DNA from: Clostridiaceae bacterium | GTDB taxonomy: Bacteria; Bacillota; Clostridia; Acetivibrionales; DTU013 | NCBI GenBank assembly: GCA_012519745.1 | Contig: JAAYPO010000081.1 | Location: 5,096-69,095 of the forward strand | Direction: 5' to 3' | Length of the DNA stretch: 64,000 nucleotides | Part shown: one piece after another, positions 27,940 through 38,322 of the stretch | Position numbering within the stretch: the stretch's first letter is position 1 | Layout of the letters: each line of letters opens with the position of its first letter | Program-made: the position numbers and the translations under genes | The notes under the pieces: generated by a model | Database searches by the model: none | Seen by the model: the letters and a program-made list of their open reading frames with translations, nothing else | What the model was told of the DNA's origin: nothing

Positions 27940-29760
27940 TTATGCCTTGCTTCTCGATTTTGCCCTCTGCTCGGTGTCGAGTATCCTCTTCCTTAGTCTT
28001 ATGTTCTTGGGGGTTATCTCAACAAGCTCGTCTTCCGTGATGAACTCAAGTGCCTGCTCAAGGCTCAGTACCCTTGGCGGCGTAAGCCTCAGTGCATCAT
28101 CCGAGCCCGATGCCCTCATATTTGTCACATGCTTCCTCTTGCACACATTTACAACGATATCTTCATTCCTTGCATTCTCACCGACTATCATTCCCTCGTA
28201 TACCCTGGTACCGGGAGTTATGAACAGATTTCCTCTCTCCTGGGCGTTGTACAGGCCGTATGTCACTGCCTCGCCATCCTCCCATGCCACCAGCGAACCC
28301 CTTTGTCTGCTGGATATCTCTCCCTTATACGGTTCATGGCCATTAAATATATGATTCATTATACCATTGCCCTTTGTGTCGGTCAAAAACTCCGAACGGT
28401 ATCCGATCAGGCCTCTTGCCGGTATCTTGAATTCCAGTCTCATGTAGCCCTCGGCAGCTGAGTGCATGTTCACCATTTCCGCCTTACGGCTCCCGAGCTT
28501 TTCCATGACAACGCCCATAAACTCTTCGGGTACATCTATCATAAGCAGCTCTATCGGCTCGTAATCGACTCCGTCCACATCCTTCATTATGACCTTGGGC
28601 TTGGAAACCTGGAACTCGTAGCCCTGCCTTCTCATTGTCTCAATGAGGATCGACAGGTGCAGCTCACCTCTGCCCGACACCTTGAAGGAATCAGCAGTTT
28701 CAGCTTCCTCGACCCTAAGACTTACATTTGTCTCCAGCTCCTTGAACAGTCTGTCCCGCAAATGTCTGGAGGTCACATATGTGCCCTCTCTTCCGGCAAA
28801 CGGGCTGTTGTTGACGCTGAATGTCATGCTCAGGGTCGGCTCGTCAATATTGACAAAGGGCAACGGCTCAGGAGCCTCCACATCACAGATCGTCTCTCCT
28901 ATATTTATCTCACCAAAGCCTGATACCGCCACTATATCGCCTAATTCAGCCCTTTCGCTTTCAGCCCTTCTCAGCCCTTCAAACTTGTAAAGCTTGCTGA
29001 CCTTTGACTGGTAAACTGTTCCGTCCCTTCTGCATATGACTGCCTGCTGTCCGGTCCTCATGCTGCCTCTGTCGATCCTGCCGATGGCGATCCTGCCGAC
29101 ATACTCATCATAATCAATATTGGACACCAGCAATTGCAGCGGTCTGTCCATTTCACCTACAGGTGCCGGTACATAATCGATGATCGTCCATATCAGAGGT
29201 TCGAGATCCTTCCTTTCATCGTTCAGATCCATTACCGCATATCCGTCTCTTGATGAGGCGTATACTACCGGGAACTCCAGCTGGTCATCATCGGCACCCA
29301 GTTCGATGAACAGCTCCAATACTTCATAGATGACCTCTTCTGGTCTTGCCTCCGGTCTGTCGATCTTGTTTACCACTACTATGGGTTTGAGATCGAGCTG
29401 CAAAGCCTTCCTCAACACGAATCTGGTCTGGGGCATCGGCCCCTCGAAAGCATCCACAAGCAGCACGACTCCATCCACCATCTTCAGCACACGTTCCACT
29501 TCTCCGCCGAAATCCGCGTGCCCGGGAGTGTCTACGATGTTTATCTTCAAACCCTTGTAATTGACTGCAGTGTTTTTTGCAAGTATCGTGATGCCCCTCT
29601 CTCTTTCAAGGTCGTTGGAGTCCATCACACGTTCCTGTACCTGCTCATTGGCTCTAAAAATACCGCTTTGGCGCAGCATGCCGTCTACCAGAGTTGTTTT
29701 TCCGTGATCGACATGTGCTATTATCGCTATATTTCTAATATCCTCTCTTTTATCTGCCAC
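27940..29760 (-). CDS. typA: Translational GTPase TypA/BipA
   Basis: [33 protein letters not shown] and NKIDR G-motifs. The likely start is the GTG at 29760 (GGAAGGG upstream). The track ORF extends to the ATG at 29835, which has no RBS. Confidence 0.92.
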   Translation of the reverse strand: MADKREDIRNIAIIAHVDHGKTTLVDGMLRQSGIFRANEQVQERVMDSNDLERERGITILAKNTAVNYKGLKINIVDTPGHADFGGEVERVLKMVDGVVLLVDAFEGPMPQTRFVLRKALQLDLKPIVVVNKIDRPEARPEEVIYEVLELFIELGADDDQLEFPVVYASSRDGYAVMDLNDERKDLEPLIWTIIDYVPAPVGEMDRPLQLLVSNIDYDEYVGRIAIGRIDRGSMRTGQQAVICRRDGTVYQSKVSKLYKFEGLRRAESERAELGDIVAVSGFGEINIGETICDVEAPEPLPFVNIDEPTLSMTFSVNNSPFAGREGTYVTSRHLRDRLFKELETNVSLRVEEAETADSFKVSGRGELHLSILIETMRRQGYEFQVSKPKVIMKDVDGVDYEPIELLMIDVPEEFMGVVMEKLGSRKAEMVNMHSAAEGYMRLEFKIPARGLIGYRSEFLTDTKGNGIMNHIFNGHEPYKGEISSRQRGSLVAWEDGEAVTYGLYNAQERGNLFITPGTRVYEGMIVGENARNEDIVVNVCKRKHVTNMRASGSDDALRLTPPRVLSLEQALEFITEDELVEITPKNIRLRKRILDTEQRAKSRSKA

Positions 29761-29887
29761 GGTGTTCGTCCCTTCCAGTCCATATACCTCTAGTGCATAA
29801 TATATTTGACTTAAAATCGCTTGTATTTGTTGCATTTATACCTGAATTTAGTATAAACCTGCCCGGTCTCCCGAATACAACAAGATA

Positions 29888-29916
29888 AATTTTAAATTAT
29901 AGTATAAATAATGTCA
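29888..29916 (-). promoter_or_regulatory. Sigma-A type promoter upstream of typA
   Basis: Minus strand reads TTGACA, a 17 nt spacer, then TAAAAT. Confidence 0.5.
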
Positions 29917-29983
29917 ACAAAATCAAAATCGCCTGCCCGGCCGGACGGCATAAAAAGGTAACGGCCGGTTCCCCCTGACAAAC

Positions 29984-30255
29984 GACTGTTTTTTCAAATA
30001 AGGGCATCACACCCCTGACCGACTGGATGATTTTCCAGGTAGGGGCATCACACCCCTGCCCAACTGGATGATTTTTCAGGTAAGGGCAGCCATAAAAATT
30101 CTAGTGGATGATTTTTCAAGTAAGGGCAGGAAATCTGGCGATTTTATTGAGCATAATCCATAAACAGAATACATAATTCGGGATATCATACATTATGTTG
30201 CCTTAAAAAGACAACATCTATGCCCTTACTTGCAAATTCATCCAGTAGGATTTTT
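29984..30255. repeat. Dispersed repeat element, copy B (inverted relative to copies A and C; expanded arm array)
   Basis: Arms TGGATGATTTT(T/C)CA(A/G)GTA(A/G)GGGCA start at 30024, 30065 and 30105 (41/40 bp phase), plus a partial arm at about 29986. The core is the reverse complement of the copy A/C core. An inverted arm TGCCCTTACTTGCAAATTCATCCAGTAGGA lies at 30221-30250. Confidence 0.85.
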
Positions 30256-30330
30256 ATTCTTCCCTTTATACAATTAATTTGGCTATCTGGATCCTGCACC
30301 CTTGCCAAATTTGCAGATCCACCCTCATAG

Positions 30331-30355
30331 AAAAGCCCCCTGCAGTATCACAGGG
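30331..30355 (-). terminator. Weak hairpin plus T-run after the HD-GYP regulator gene
   Basis: Minus strand reads CCCTG-tgatactg-CAGGGG followed by CTTTTC. Confidence 0.35.
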
Positions 30356-30392
30356 AGCCGGCGGTACTTCACTTAGCAGGCAGAGAATACAT

Positions 30393-31901
30393 TCATTCGT
30401 AGGTTGCAGCAGTCTCTGTAAGCATCCTGCTGTAGCCGGTGCCATCGATCAGATCCAAAAACACCGGCACGACATATGCGTCGAATTGGGTTCCGGCACC
30501 ATTCAAAAGCTGCTGTCTGGCATCTTCCAGATTCAGCTTGGATCTGTAAAGCCTGTCGGACATCATGGCGTCAAAGGCATCGGCAACCGATATTATCCTT
30601 GCCAGCAGCGGTATTTCATCACCCCTCAGCCTTTCCGGATACCCGGTGCCGTCCACCCTCTCATGATGGCACTTTACGATGGGGACCACATCCTTGAACA
30701 TGGAAACCGCCGAAAGTATGCGGGCCCCTTTGAGGGGGTGCTTCTGTATCTCTATCAGTTCACGCTCGTTGAGCTTGTCCGTCTTGAGCAGGATATCATC
30801 GGCGGTCCCTATCTTCCCGATGTCATGGAAGATGCCGCTTATCCTCAGCGTCTCCAGATCTTCACAGGGTATGCCGATGGCTTCGCCGATCTTTACTGAA
30901 TAGTACGCCACACGGTCAGAATGCCCTCTTGTGTAAATATCCTTAGCGTCCACAGCCTGCCGCAGCGCTTCTATTGTGTCCATGTACCTCAGCTTCAGCT
31001 GATCATAGGTTTTGTTGAGCTCGTCATTTTTCATATTGACCAATGAATGCATAAAGGCATTGTTTACAGACGATGCGGCCTGGCTTGTATATATCTCAAG
31101 GAGCTTTATGCCCTCATCAGTATTCTTTCCCTCAACGTAAATAACGCCGATCGTCTGGTTCACTTCGTTATTGAGCGGGAAGATCACACCATCCTCCAGA
31201 TCTATCCTGCGCTTTGTTATCCTTGCATTTCCGATATGCTCCATCAGGCTTGGGCTCAGCATCTCCATGAAATGGTTTATTTCCGCCCTGTATTTCCCGA
31301 TTCCCTTGAAAATACTCTTGTTTCCCTCGATCAGCCCAGTGGTGTCATCAACGAGTATGAATGCGTTCTCGCTGTCTACAAGAGGCATTATTTCCGTAAG
31401 TATATCCTCGAGTATCATATCGATGGGCTGAAGTGAGTAAATCTTAGGAACAGCCCTAAGAATCTCATTTAGGCCATCCCTGAATTTTCTTATCGTCCTC
31501 ATCTGAGAAATGGATTTGATACCGGATTCCACTAACAGAAGCAGCTGGTCGAACCTGTCGCTTTTTTCACAATAGCCCTGTATATCCAGCGCTCTGATGG
31601 TTTCAAGGGGAGGGGCCAGATCCTTATGACCGGTAAGCAGCAGTATATATATATCCTTATTGAATTCTCTGATCCTTTGAACCACCTTATCTCCGTGGAT
31701 CGGGTACATCAGATAATCCAGGATCATCAGGTCATAGTTCCCATTCCGGACTCTTTCTATGGCTTCGAGAGGATCTATGATGCCTGTAAAATCATATCCG
31801 CTGCGTTTGAGCACAACTGACAGCGAATCTATGATGCCTATCTCGTCGTCCACGACAAGCACTTTATAGTTCAGTGAATCGGCATGTAACTTCTTTCTCA
31901 T
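30393..31901 (-). CDS. Response regulator: REC, GAF-like middle region, HD-GYP (putative c-di-GMP phosphodiesterase)
   Basis: REC (VLVVDDE...DLMILDYLMYPIHG). HD-GYP (HSDRVA..., FHDIGKIG, HHERVDGTGYP, ...VADAFDAMMSDRLYR). The start ATG overlaps the kinase stop (ATGA). Confidence 0.88.
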   Translation of the reverse strand: MRKKLHADSLNYKVLVVDDEIGIIDSLSVVLKRSGYDFTGIIDPLEAIERVRNGNYDLMILDYLMYPIHGDKVVQRIREFNKDIYILLLTGHKDLAPPLETIRALDIQGYCEKSDRFDQLLLLVESGIKSISQMRTIRKFRDGLNEILRAVPKIYSLQPIDMILEDILTEIMPLVDSENAFILVDDTTGLIEGNKSIFKGIGKYRAEINHFMEMLSPSLMEHIGNARITKRRIDLEDGVIFPLNNEVNQTIGVIYVEGKNTDEGIKLLEIYTSQAASSVNNAFMHSLVNMKNDELNKTYDQLKLRYMDTIEALRQAVDAKDIYTRGHSDRVAYYSVKIGEAIGIPCEDLETLRISGIFHDIGKIGTADDILLKTDKLNERELIEIQKHPLKGARILSAVSMFKDVVPIVKCHHERVDGTGYPERLRGDEIPLLARIISVADAFDAMMSDRLYRSKLNLEDARQQLLNGAGTQFDAYVVPVFLDLIDGTGYSRMLTETAATYE

Positions 31902-33925
31902 TTATCCTCCTCCTGATTGCCGTATGTTATACACGGTATGGATATGAAAAACGTTGTACCGCATCCTTCCTTTGTAATGAAAGACATATTGCCCCCAAAC
32001 CGTCCCCTTATGGTGGCATAAGACATATAAAGGCCCAGTCCCGTACCGTTTTTGCCCTTGGTGGTTATCATCTCCTTGAACAGCCTGTCTGCGACATTTT
32101 TCGGTATTCCTTTCCCGTAATCCTTGAAGGTGAACTCCACATTGTCACCGCTTCGAACTATTTCCAGGTCAATGGTTCCGTTTTCTCCATCGTATGCCTG
32201 CATTGCATTGATAATGATATTATCAAACACCTGGACCAGATTGTTGACTTCTCCTTTGATCTCAGTGCTGGCATCAACATGCGAGTTGATTTTTAATATA
32301 CAATGGTACCTCTTCAACTCATGCTTCAGCAGCAGTTCGACACGCTTTATTACCTCATCGACAGTAAATTTGACACTGTTTGTGGATATCATCTGTACAG
32401 CCTGTCCCTTTACTGCCGATATGACATCCGACATATATGCGCAGTATGGCTTCATTTTTTCCAGCCAGGTCAACATCTCTTTTGCGATCTCTCTATGATC
32501 CTGGTCTGTTACGCTCCTGTCGCCGACGGAGTCCCTGTACTCGTATGCCAGATCCTTGAGAGCCTCTATCCCGCCTGAAATAGACATTATTGGTGTCTTG
32601 AGATTGTGTGCGATGCCGCCGATCAGCTGCCCCAGGGATGCAAGCCTTTCCTGCTCTATCAGGATCGCCTGCTGCTCCTTTATCGCCTCGATACTGCGTT
32701 TCTCAAGATTCTGTATTTTATTGAATGCAATAACAAGATCCCCTATTTCATCATTGGATGTTATCACCAATCTTTTTTCGAAGGTCTGATCAACGCCCGA
32801 TGCAATTTCCTCCAAATTCTGAGTTACTCTGGAGATATCGTCTGTAAGGGTCTTGGCAAAGTAAAGTATGACAATGAAATTTATAACAAACAGCGCCGCA
32901 AAGCTGATAGCAAAAAAGGTAAGTGTTTCATCGGAACCAACCAGGTATCTGGCTCCAATCACCCAAATCTGGTCATCTATTAAAACTTGCTTGGCGATCC
33001 CCTGTGCATCTACTCCATAATAGTCAAATACATGGCCATCTGTACTTAACGCGATCTCATTCATATGCTTGATGAAAAATTCACTCAACTGTGGAAATCC
33101 ACTGTTTGTGATAATCTGGCCGTCTGAAGGTGGTATAATAAAAACCTCATCGCCTTGACTGACTAATACAATTTTGTCCAACAATCCGACAATATCATCT
33201 TTTGTTTTGATATCCCTTTCCAGCGCTTCTGTTATTTCGTAATCATATAATTTAAAGATGATCTCACCTTTTTCTTTAATAAGTCTTGAATAACCAATGA
33301 GGGATACAAACAGCAATGCAACTATGAATATCGGGATCAACTGTATAATAATCTTAACTTTTAAAGATAGCTTGGAATTGTTTTTATATTCATGAAAACT
33401 AGTTTTCAACAGGATCCTGACATATATTTTTTTTGTGAAAATATATGAAAACGTTGCTATGAGAGTCCCCAGTGAAAAAAACATGATCCAAAGCTTAAAG
33501 GTAACAGTAGTAATATTCTTTGTAGATATGGTTATTATCGTAATTATAAAAACACTGGGCAAAAAGCTTTGGACAATATATGCCACAACCGGAAACTGTA
33601 TGCACCTTATTCTTATTGCTTCAATTTTGCTAAGATCTTTTGAGTATATCGTATTGTCAAAATTATATAGGCACCTTAAGCTGTAGCATAACCAAATATT
33701 TAAAAATATAATGGTCAATAAGGTAATCAGTATATACTGCTGTGTGTATTTTGTATTTTCAAGTTCCCATTGAAATTGAGTATCATAAGTAAACTGAGGA
33801 TAATTAAGAATAAGAGGAATCAATTTGTAGAAAAGCAACGACACAACAACATTACATAGATCATGAATAAATAGTATCTTGAGAATAACTGTATTTGCTT
33901 TAATTAGCGATTTGATCCTATTCAT
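31898..33925 (-). CDS. Sensor histidine kinase with a multi-TM N-terminal region and a periplasmic or extracellular segment
   Basis: H-box GGIAHNLKTPIMSI. N, G1 and G2 boxes (NIIINAMQA, DYGKGI, GTGLGLYMS). About 6-7 N-terminal hydrophobic helices. It starts 5 nt after the NRPS stop. Confidence 0.88.
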   Translation of the reverse strand: MNRIKSLIKANTVILKILFIHDLCNVVVSLLFYKLIPLILNYPQFTYDTQFQWELENTKYTQQYILITLLTIIFLNIWLCYSLRCLYNFDNTIYSKDLSKIEAIRIRCIQFPVVAYIVQSFLPSVFIITIITISTKNITTVTFKLWIMFFSLGTLIATFSYIFTKKIYVRILLKTSFHEYKNNSKLSLKVKIIIQLIPIFIVALLFVSLIGYSRLIKEKGEIIFKLYDYEITEALERDIKTKDDIVGLLDKIVLVSQGDEVFIIPPSDGQIITNSGFPQLSEFFIKHMNEIALSTDGHVFDYYGVDAQGIAKQVLIDDQIWVIGARYLVGSDETLTFFAISFAALFVINFIVILYFAKTLTDDISRVTQNLEEIASGVDQTFEKRLVITSNDEIGDLVIAFNKIQNLEKRSIEAIKEQQAILIEQERLASLGQLIGGIAHNLKTPIMSISGGIEALKDLAYEYRDSVGDRSVTDQDHREIAKEMLTWLEKMKPYCAYMSDVISAVKGQAVQMISTNSVKFTVDEVIKRVELLLKHELKRYHCILKINSHVDASTEIKGEVNNLVQVFDNIIINAMQAYDGENGTIDLEIVRSGDNVEFTFKDYGKGIPKNVADRLFKEMITTKGKNGTGLGLYMSYATIRGRFGGNMSFITKEGCGTTFFISIPCITYGNQEEDK

Positions 33926-33930
33926 AATGA

Positions 33931-36900
33931 TTACCCTTCTTTTAAAAAACCTATTTCAATCATATTGCTGATCAATTTTTTTACATAGTTTGATTTAAAA
34001 GTATCGGGCCAGCTTATATCCATTGCTTGAAAAGCCTTCAGCGTTTTCTCATTTCTGGTTTTTATAGAATCATTATACTCAAACCCATTTGAATTGCCTA
34101 TTTCATTGATAATTCCCTCCAGGCTTTGCTGGGCACTTGCATCACTGGAAATATGATTCAGTTTCGTTCTGAATTCCATCTCATCAAGAATTTGTATATT
34201 TGCCAGGTCCAGAGCTTTCAAAATATCAATAAGCGCAGCTAACCTATGCTTTTTATTATACAGATGATAAATACTGTTGATTTGGCCCTTTTTAATAATA
34301 TCGACTATTGACTTGCCGCAGATATCGACCGGAGACATTTCGATTTCGACATTTGCCATCCGTTTTGATATTGCTCCTATCATGATCATTGAATTCAATC
34401 TTCTGCAAAATGCATTCATAAACACATTTTTTTGACAAACACCATCACTATACCTTCCAGTGATGTTTCCCATTCTGTATATGTTTACATCCATCCCATC
34501 GGAAGCTTCCTGCAGTACCAGTTTTTCCGCTTCAAGTTTTGTAGCCAAATAAACATTTTCAAATATATTCTGACCAACAAAAAGATCATCTTCAGTAAAG
34601 TCAGTGACCCCTGTATCATTACCAAATCCATCTGTACCAGAAATGCTTATTGTTGATATATGGTGGAATACCGATTTGGATCTTCTACATAATTTTAGCA
34701 TCTCAAGTGTTCCATTCACATTGGTATCATGGAATTCTGAATATGAGCCGTAGTGCCTGACATTAGCAGCTGAATGAATAATAGTATCAATGCTGCTGCA
34801 TAAAAAGTCATATTTGTTTTCGTCCAGTCCAAGATTGCATTTTGTAATATCACCTCGGAGTAAGAAGATTCTCTCCAATAGTTTTCTGTCAACATCTTTG
34901 AAATAATAATCAATATCATCAGTAATATCATCTTTTCTGACAAGACAATAAACATTAGCATCAGATTCAGCAAGCAAGTAATACAGAATGTGTATGCCCA
35001 GAAAACCTGTCGATCCGGTTAACAGAACATTTTTGAACCTTACCGGGGCTTTGGGCTTTAAAATATCCGGTACACAATGATTGTAGTCATTATTCTTCAG
35101 ATAGTTGATCCTCTCTTGTCTGCTTATCACATTGTCATATAACAGCTCAATTGTCGGATATTTGTATAGATGCTGAGTCTTGATGCCCCAGTTTTCAGTA
35201 TAGGATTTTACCTGTACTTGTATGATATTAAAAGAATCTCCTCCCAAGTCAAAGAAATTATCCTTTATTCCAACTTTAGGAATGCCAAGTACCTCCTGCC
35301 AGATACATGTCATTTTAGCTTCAGTCTCATTTCTGGGCGGCTGATACCGGCTTTCAATTTTCTTTTCATATTTTATTTGCTTTAGAGCATTCTTATCGAC
35401 CTTACCGCTTGAAGTCAACGGCATCTCATCGATCTGTACCAGATTGTCAGGCATCATATAATGAGGTAAAAAAGAGTTGAGAAAATGTTTCAACCTGGCG
35501 ATATCTACCTGTACGTCTGCCGTAAAAAATGCATTAAGCAAGGTGATTTCGCCTTCACATACGCAAGGCAAAACAACTCCATCTTTTATCCCTTCAAATT
35601 TCAGGAGCGCGTTCTCGATCTCACCAAGCTCGACCCTGTATCCATGTATTTTCACCTGATAATCAAGTCTGCCAAGGTATTCGATATCACCATTTGGATA
35701 CCACCTGCCCAGATCTCCCGATCTATACAGTTTTTGCCCCTCGACAAAAGGATTGTCAATGAACCTCTGATTTGTAAGTTCAGCTCTGTTCAAGTAACCT
35801 TTGGCTACTCCTTCACCACCTACATAGATCTCGCCCTTTACCCCTATAGGAACAAGCTGTTGATATTTATCGAGAATATATATCTGTGTTGTTGGTATTG
35901 GTTTACCGATGTTACATGCATTCGAATTAATGATATCTGCTGTAACTTCCTTATATGTAGAATGGACTGTCGTCTCTGTGATCCCATACATATTAACAAG
36001 CTTCACATTGGGATACAATGACTTCCAAGCCTTTAGCTTCGCTGGCTTAAGAGCCTCCCCTCCAAATATGATATATCTTAATGACAGATCATGCTCCTTA
36101 CTATTCAATTCACTGTCCGACAAGTTGTAAAAAGCTGTTGGGATCTGATTTAGTACTGTTGCTTTGTTCTTCCTCAGTAATCTCAGAAACTCTTTAGGAT
36201 CCTGTGCGATAATATGGGGAACTATCACCAGTTTACCTCCATACAGCAACGCGCCATACATTTCCCAAACAGAGAAATCAAAACAATATGAATGAAACAT
36301 CGTCCATACATCGCCGCTGGAAAAGTCAAACTCAAACTTGCTGTTAAATAACAGTCTTACGACATTTTTATGACTTACCTGTACTCCTTTAGGGGCTCCT
36401 GTTGAACCTGATGTATAAATAATATATGCAGTATCTTCAGGTCCGCAGACAGATGCGATTTCAGACACATCTCCGGTATTTGATCCTCTCAGGATATGAT
36501 CCAATATCAAAATGCGGTCAGTATCAAATCCCGTTTGCTCAACCACTTGACAGCTCTTTTTATATTGCGCTTCTGATGATAATAACAGCAGCGGTTTGCT
36601 ATCATTAATAAAATAGCATAGCCTGTTATGCGGATATGAAGGATCAAGAGGAAGATATGTACCGCCGGCTTTCAGAATACCCAAAATGCCGATTATCATT
36701 TCTATGGAGCGGTCAATGATTAACCCTACGATTGTATTTGGCTTAACTCCATTGCTTGACAATATACCTGCGAGTTGTTCTGCTTTCAGGTTCAACTCAC
36801 TGTATGTGATACTTCTGTCATGGTCAATAACAGCTGTATTCTCGGGGTGGGCATTGACTTGATCAATGAACAGCTCATTTATCGTAACAGTTTGTGGATA

Positions 36901-38322
36901 ATCCGCATTAGTATTATTAAATTCTGTCAGTATCCTGTATTTTTCTTTTTCGGACATAATATCTAATCTTGATATCTGTTTATCCGGATTATCTATTCCG
37001 TGCCACAGCAATCTTATTATGTGATCATGCATGAATTCGATCTCTTTAGAATAGAACCTGTCGGTAAGGTAGTCATAATCAATAATAATGCTGCCATCGT
37101 CTTCCCTTTCATTTATATGGATATACAAGGGAGTGACCTGTCTCCCGTTAAAGTGCCATCTGCCCTCATTTTGCAGCATTCCATCATCTTTTGTTATTTT
37201 TGCATTCTGATATGATATCAGTATTTCATAAAGCTCATTTGATCCCATGTTATCCTGTTTGCTTTTTTTGATCAGTTCGTATGGATATCTTTGATGCCTC
37301 AGTATAGACATCCATTCCTGGGTAATTCCCGATACAAACTCTCTGAATGATATTGAATCATCGATATTGATGCTAAACGGTATTGTATTTACAAACAAAC
37401 CACATGTATTCTTTTCTCTGGCATTTAGCCGGTTTAGTACAGGCACCCCTATGACATGCCCGAGAGTGCCTGTAGCTCTGGCAAGATATATTGCAAGCGC
37501 AGACATCAGCAGCGAAACTAAAGTTGTTCTATTACATTGCATGTATTCATACAATTTGACTGCCAGCTTATTGGGAACAGCAAAGGTTTTTCTTTTAGCT
37601 TCAGTACTGAATTGCGTCGATCTGCTTCTGTAAAAGAGATTATTTGTTAACGTAAGGCTGCTGAATCGTGCATCCCAGAAATCCTTGTCGGCAATAAATC
37701 TTGGTGAGCTTAAATACTCTTTCTCTCTATTGATCAAGTCCAAATATGTCGATGTTTGATTATCATAGTCATTACTATTCAACTTCAGATCATTATAATA
37801 GCCCATGATATAGTTGGCAGTCTTCACGATAGACCAGCCATCGGTAATTAAGTGATGGAATTTCATATAAATGCCAAATTCGTCTTCACTGACCTTAACA
37901 ATAGCAAAATAGCACAAATCACATCCCATCAGTTTAAATGGGATCTTCGACTGTAACTCATCCCACTCATACAAGCTTTCTCTTCCTTTTTGACTAAAGT
38001 CAACGAAATCTATTTTGCGATAATCATATTCAGTAAAATATTGGAAAGGCTCACCGTCTATTTCTGTGAAATGCAGTCTGAAACAATCGTGATTCTTAAT
38101 CAGCAGATTTATCGATTTTTCTAACAAACCAATATCGACTTTTTCTTTGATTTTCAAAGTTGCGGCGACAATACCGATGCTGGTACCGGGATACATTTTC
38201 TCAGTATACCAGATACCCAATTGAGGATGAGTCAATGGATAGCAAATAGCATTCTTATTCACAGCTGACACCCCATTATCATTTGTAAAAAATAAATAAC
38301 AAAATAATCCTATAATTAGCAT
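33931..38322 (-). CDS. Single-module nonribosomal peptide synthetase, C-A-T-R (terminal thioester reductase)
   Basis: C: HHLITDGWS. A: YIIYTSGSTGAPKGV, NMYGITETTVH, GEIYVGGEGVAKGYL, YRSGDLGRW, KIHGYRVELGEIE, LPHYMMP, SGKVDKNAL. T: FFDLGGDSF. R: LLTGSTGFLGIHIL plus YLATK. 1463 aa. Confidence 0.93.
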   Translation of the reverse strand: MLIIGLFCYLFFTNDNGVSAVNKNAICYPLTHPQLGIWYTEKMYPGTSIGIVAATLKIKEKVDIGLLEKSINLLIKNHDCFRLHFTEIDGEPFQYFTEYDYRKIDFVDFSQKGRESLYEWDELQSKIPFKLMGCDLCYFAIVKVSEDEFGIYMKFHHLITDGWSIVKTANYIMGYYNDLKLNSNDYDNQTSTYLDLINREKEYLSSPRFIADKDFWDARFSSLTLTNNLFYRSRSTQFSTEAKRKTFAVPNKLAVKLYEYMQCNRTTLVSLLMSALAIYLARATGTLGHVIGVPVLNRLNAREKNTCGLFVNTIPFSINIDDSISFREFVSGITQEWMSILRHQRYPYELIKKSKQDNMGSNELYEILISYQNAKITKDDGMLQNEGRWHFNGRQVTPLYIHINEREDDGSIIIDYDYLTDRFYSKEIEFMHDHIIRLLWHGIDNPDKQISRLDIMSEKEKYRILTEFNNTNADYPQTVTINELFIDQVNAHPENTAVIDHDRSITYSELNLKAEQLAGILSSNGVKPNTIVGLIIDRSIEMIIGILGILKAGGTYLPLDPSYPHNRLCYFINDSKPLLLLSSEAQYKKSCQVVEQTGFDTDRILILDHILRGSNTGDVSEIASVCGPEDTAYIIYTSGSTGAPKGVQVSHKNVVRLLFNSKFEFDFSSGDVWTMFHSYCFDFSVWEMYGALLYGGKLVIVPHIIAQDPKEFLRLLRKNKATVLNQIPTAFYNLSDSELNSKEHDLSLRYIIFGGEALKPAKLKAWKSLYPNVKLVNMYGITETTVHSTYKEVTADIINSNACNIGKPIPTTQIYILDKYQQLVPIGVKGEIYVGGEGVAKGYLNRAELTNQRFIDNPFVEGQKLYRSGDLGRWYPNGDIEYLGRLDYQVKIHGYRVELGEIENALLKFEGIKDGVVLPCVCEGEITLLNAFFTADVQVDIARLKHFLNSFLPHYMMPDNLVQIDEMPLTSSGKVDKNALKQIKYEKKIESRYQPPRNETEAKMTCIWQEVLGIPKVGIKDNFFDLGGDSFNIIQVQVKSYTENWGIKTQHLYKYPTIELLYDNVISRQERINYLKNNDYNHCVPDILKPKAPVRFKNVLLTGSTGFLGIHILYYLLAESDANVYCLVRKDDITDDIDYYFKDVDRKLLERIFLLRGDITKCNLGLDENKYDFLCSSIDTIIHSAANVRHYGSYSEFHDTNVNGTLEMLKLCRRSKSVFHHISTISISGTDGFGNDTGVTDFTEDDLFVGQNIFENVYLATKLEAEKLVLQEASDGMDVNIYRMGNITGRYSDGVCQKNVFMNAFCRRLNSMIMIGAISKRMANVEIEMSPVDICGKSIVDIIKKGQINSIYHLYNKKHRLAALIDILKALDLANIQILDEMEFRTKLNHISSDASAQQSLEGIINEIGNSNGFEYNDSIKTRNEKTLKAFQAMDISWPDTFKSNYVKKLISNMIEIGFLKEG
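33934..35031 (-). other. NRPS terminal reductase (NAD-binding, SDR-type) domain, approximate bounds
   Basis: TGSTGFLG Rossmann motif and a Y..K catalytic pair (VYLATKLEAE). Confidence 0.7.
35128..35331 (-). other. NRPS thiolation (PCP) domain, approximate bounds
   Basis: GGDS motif with the phosphopantetheine-attachment Ser at aa 1030. Confidence 0.7.
35368..36900 (-). other. NRPS adenylation (A) domain, approximate bounds
   Basis: Core motifs A3-A10 as listed for the CDS. Bounds estimated. Confidence 0.75.
36958..38244 (-). other. NRPS condensation (C) domain, approximate bounds
   Basis: YPLTHPQLGIWY start motif and HHxxxDG at aa 156-162 (nt 37837-37857). Bounds estimated by motif position. 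Confidence 0.7.

Noticed and set aside
29984-30130. Possible CRISPR array: repeated roughly 24-33 bp units at regular spacing.
   Set aside because: The period is only 40-41 bp, so the 'spacers' would be about 8-17 bp and partly repeated themselves. An inverted copy lies at the other end, and no cas genes are present. This fits terminal repeats of a small element, not CRISPR.
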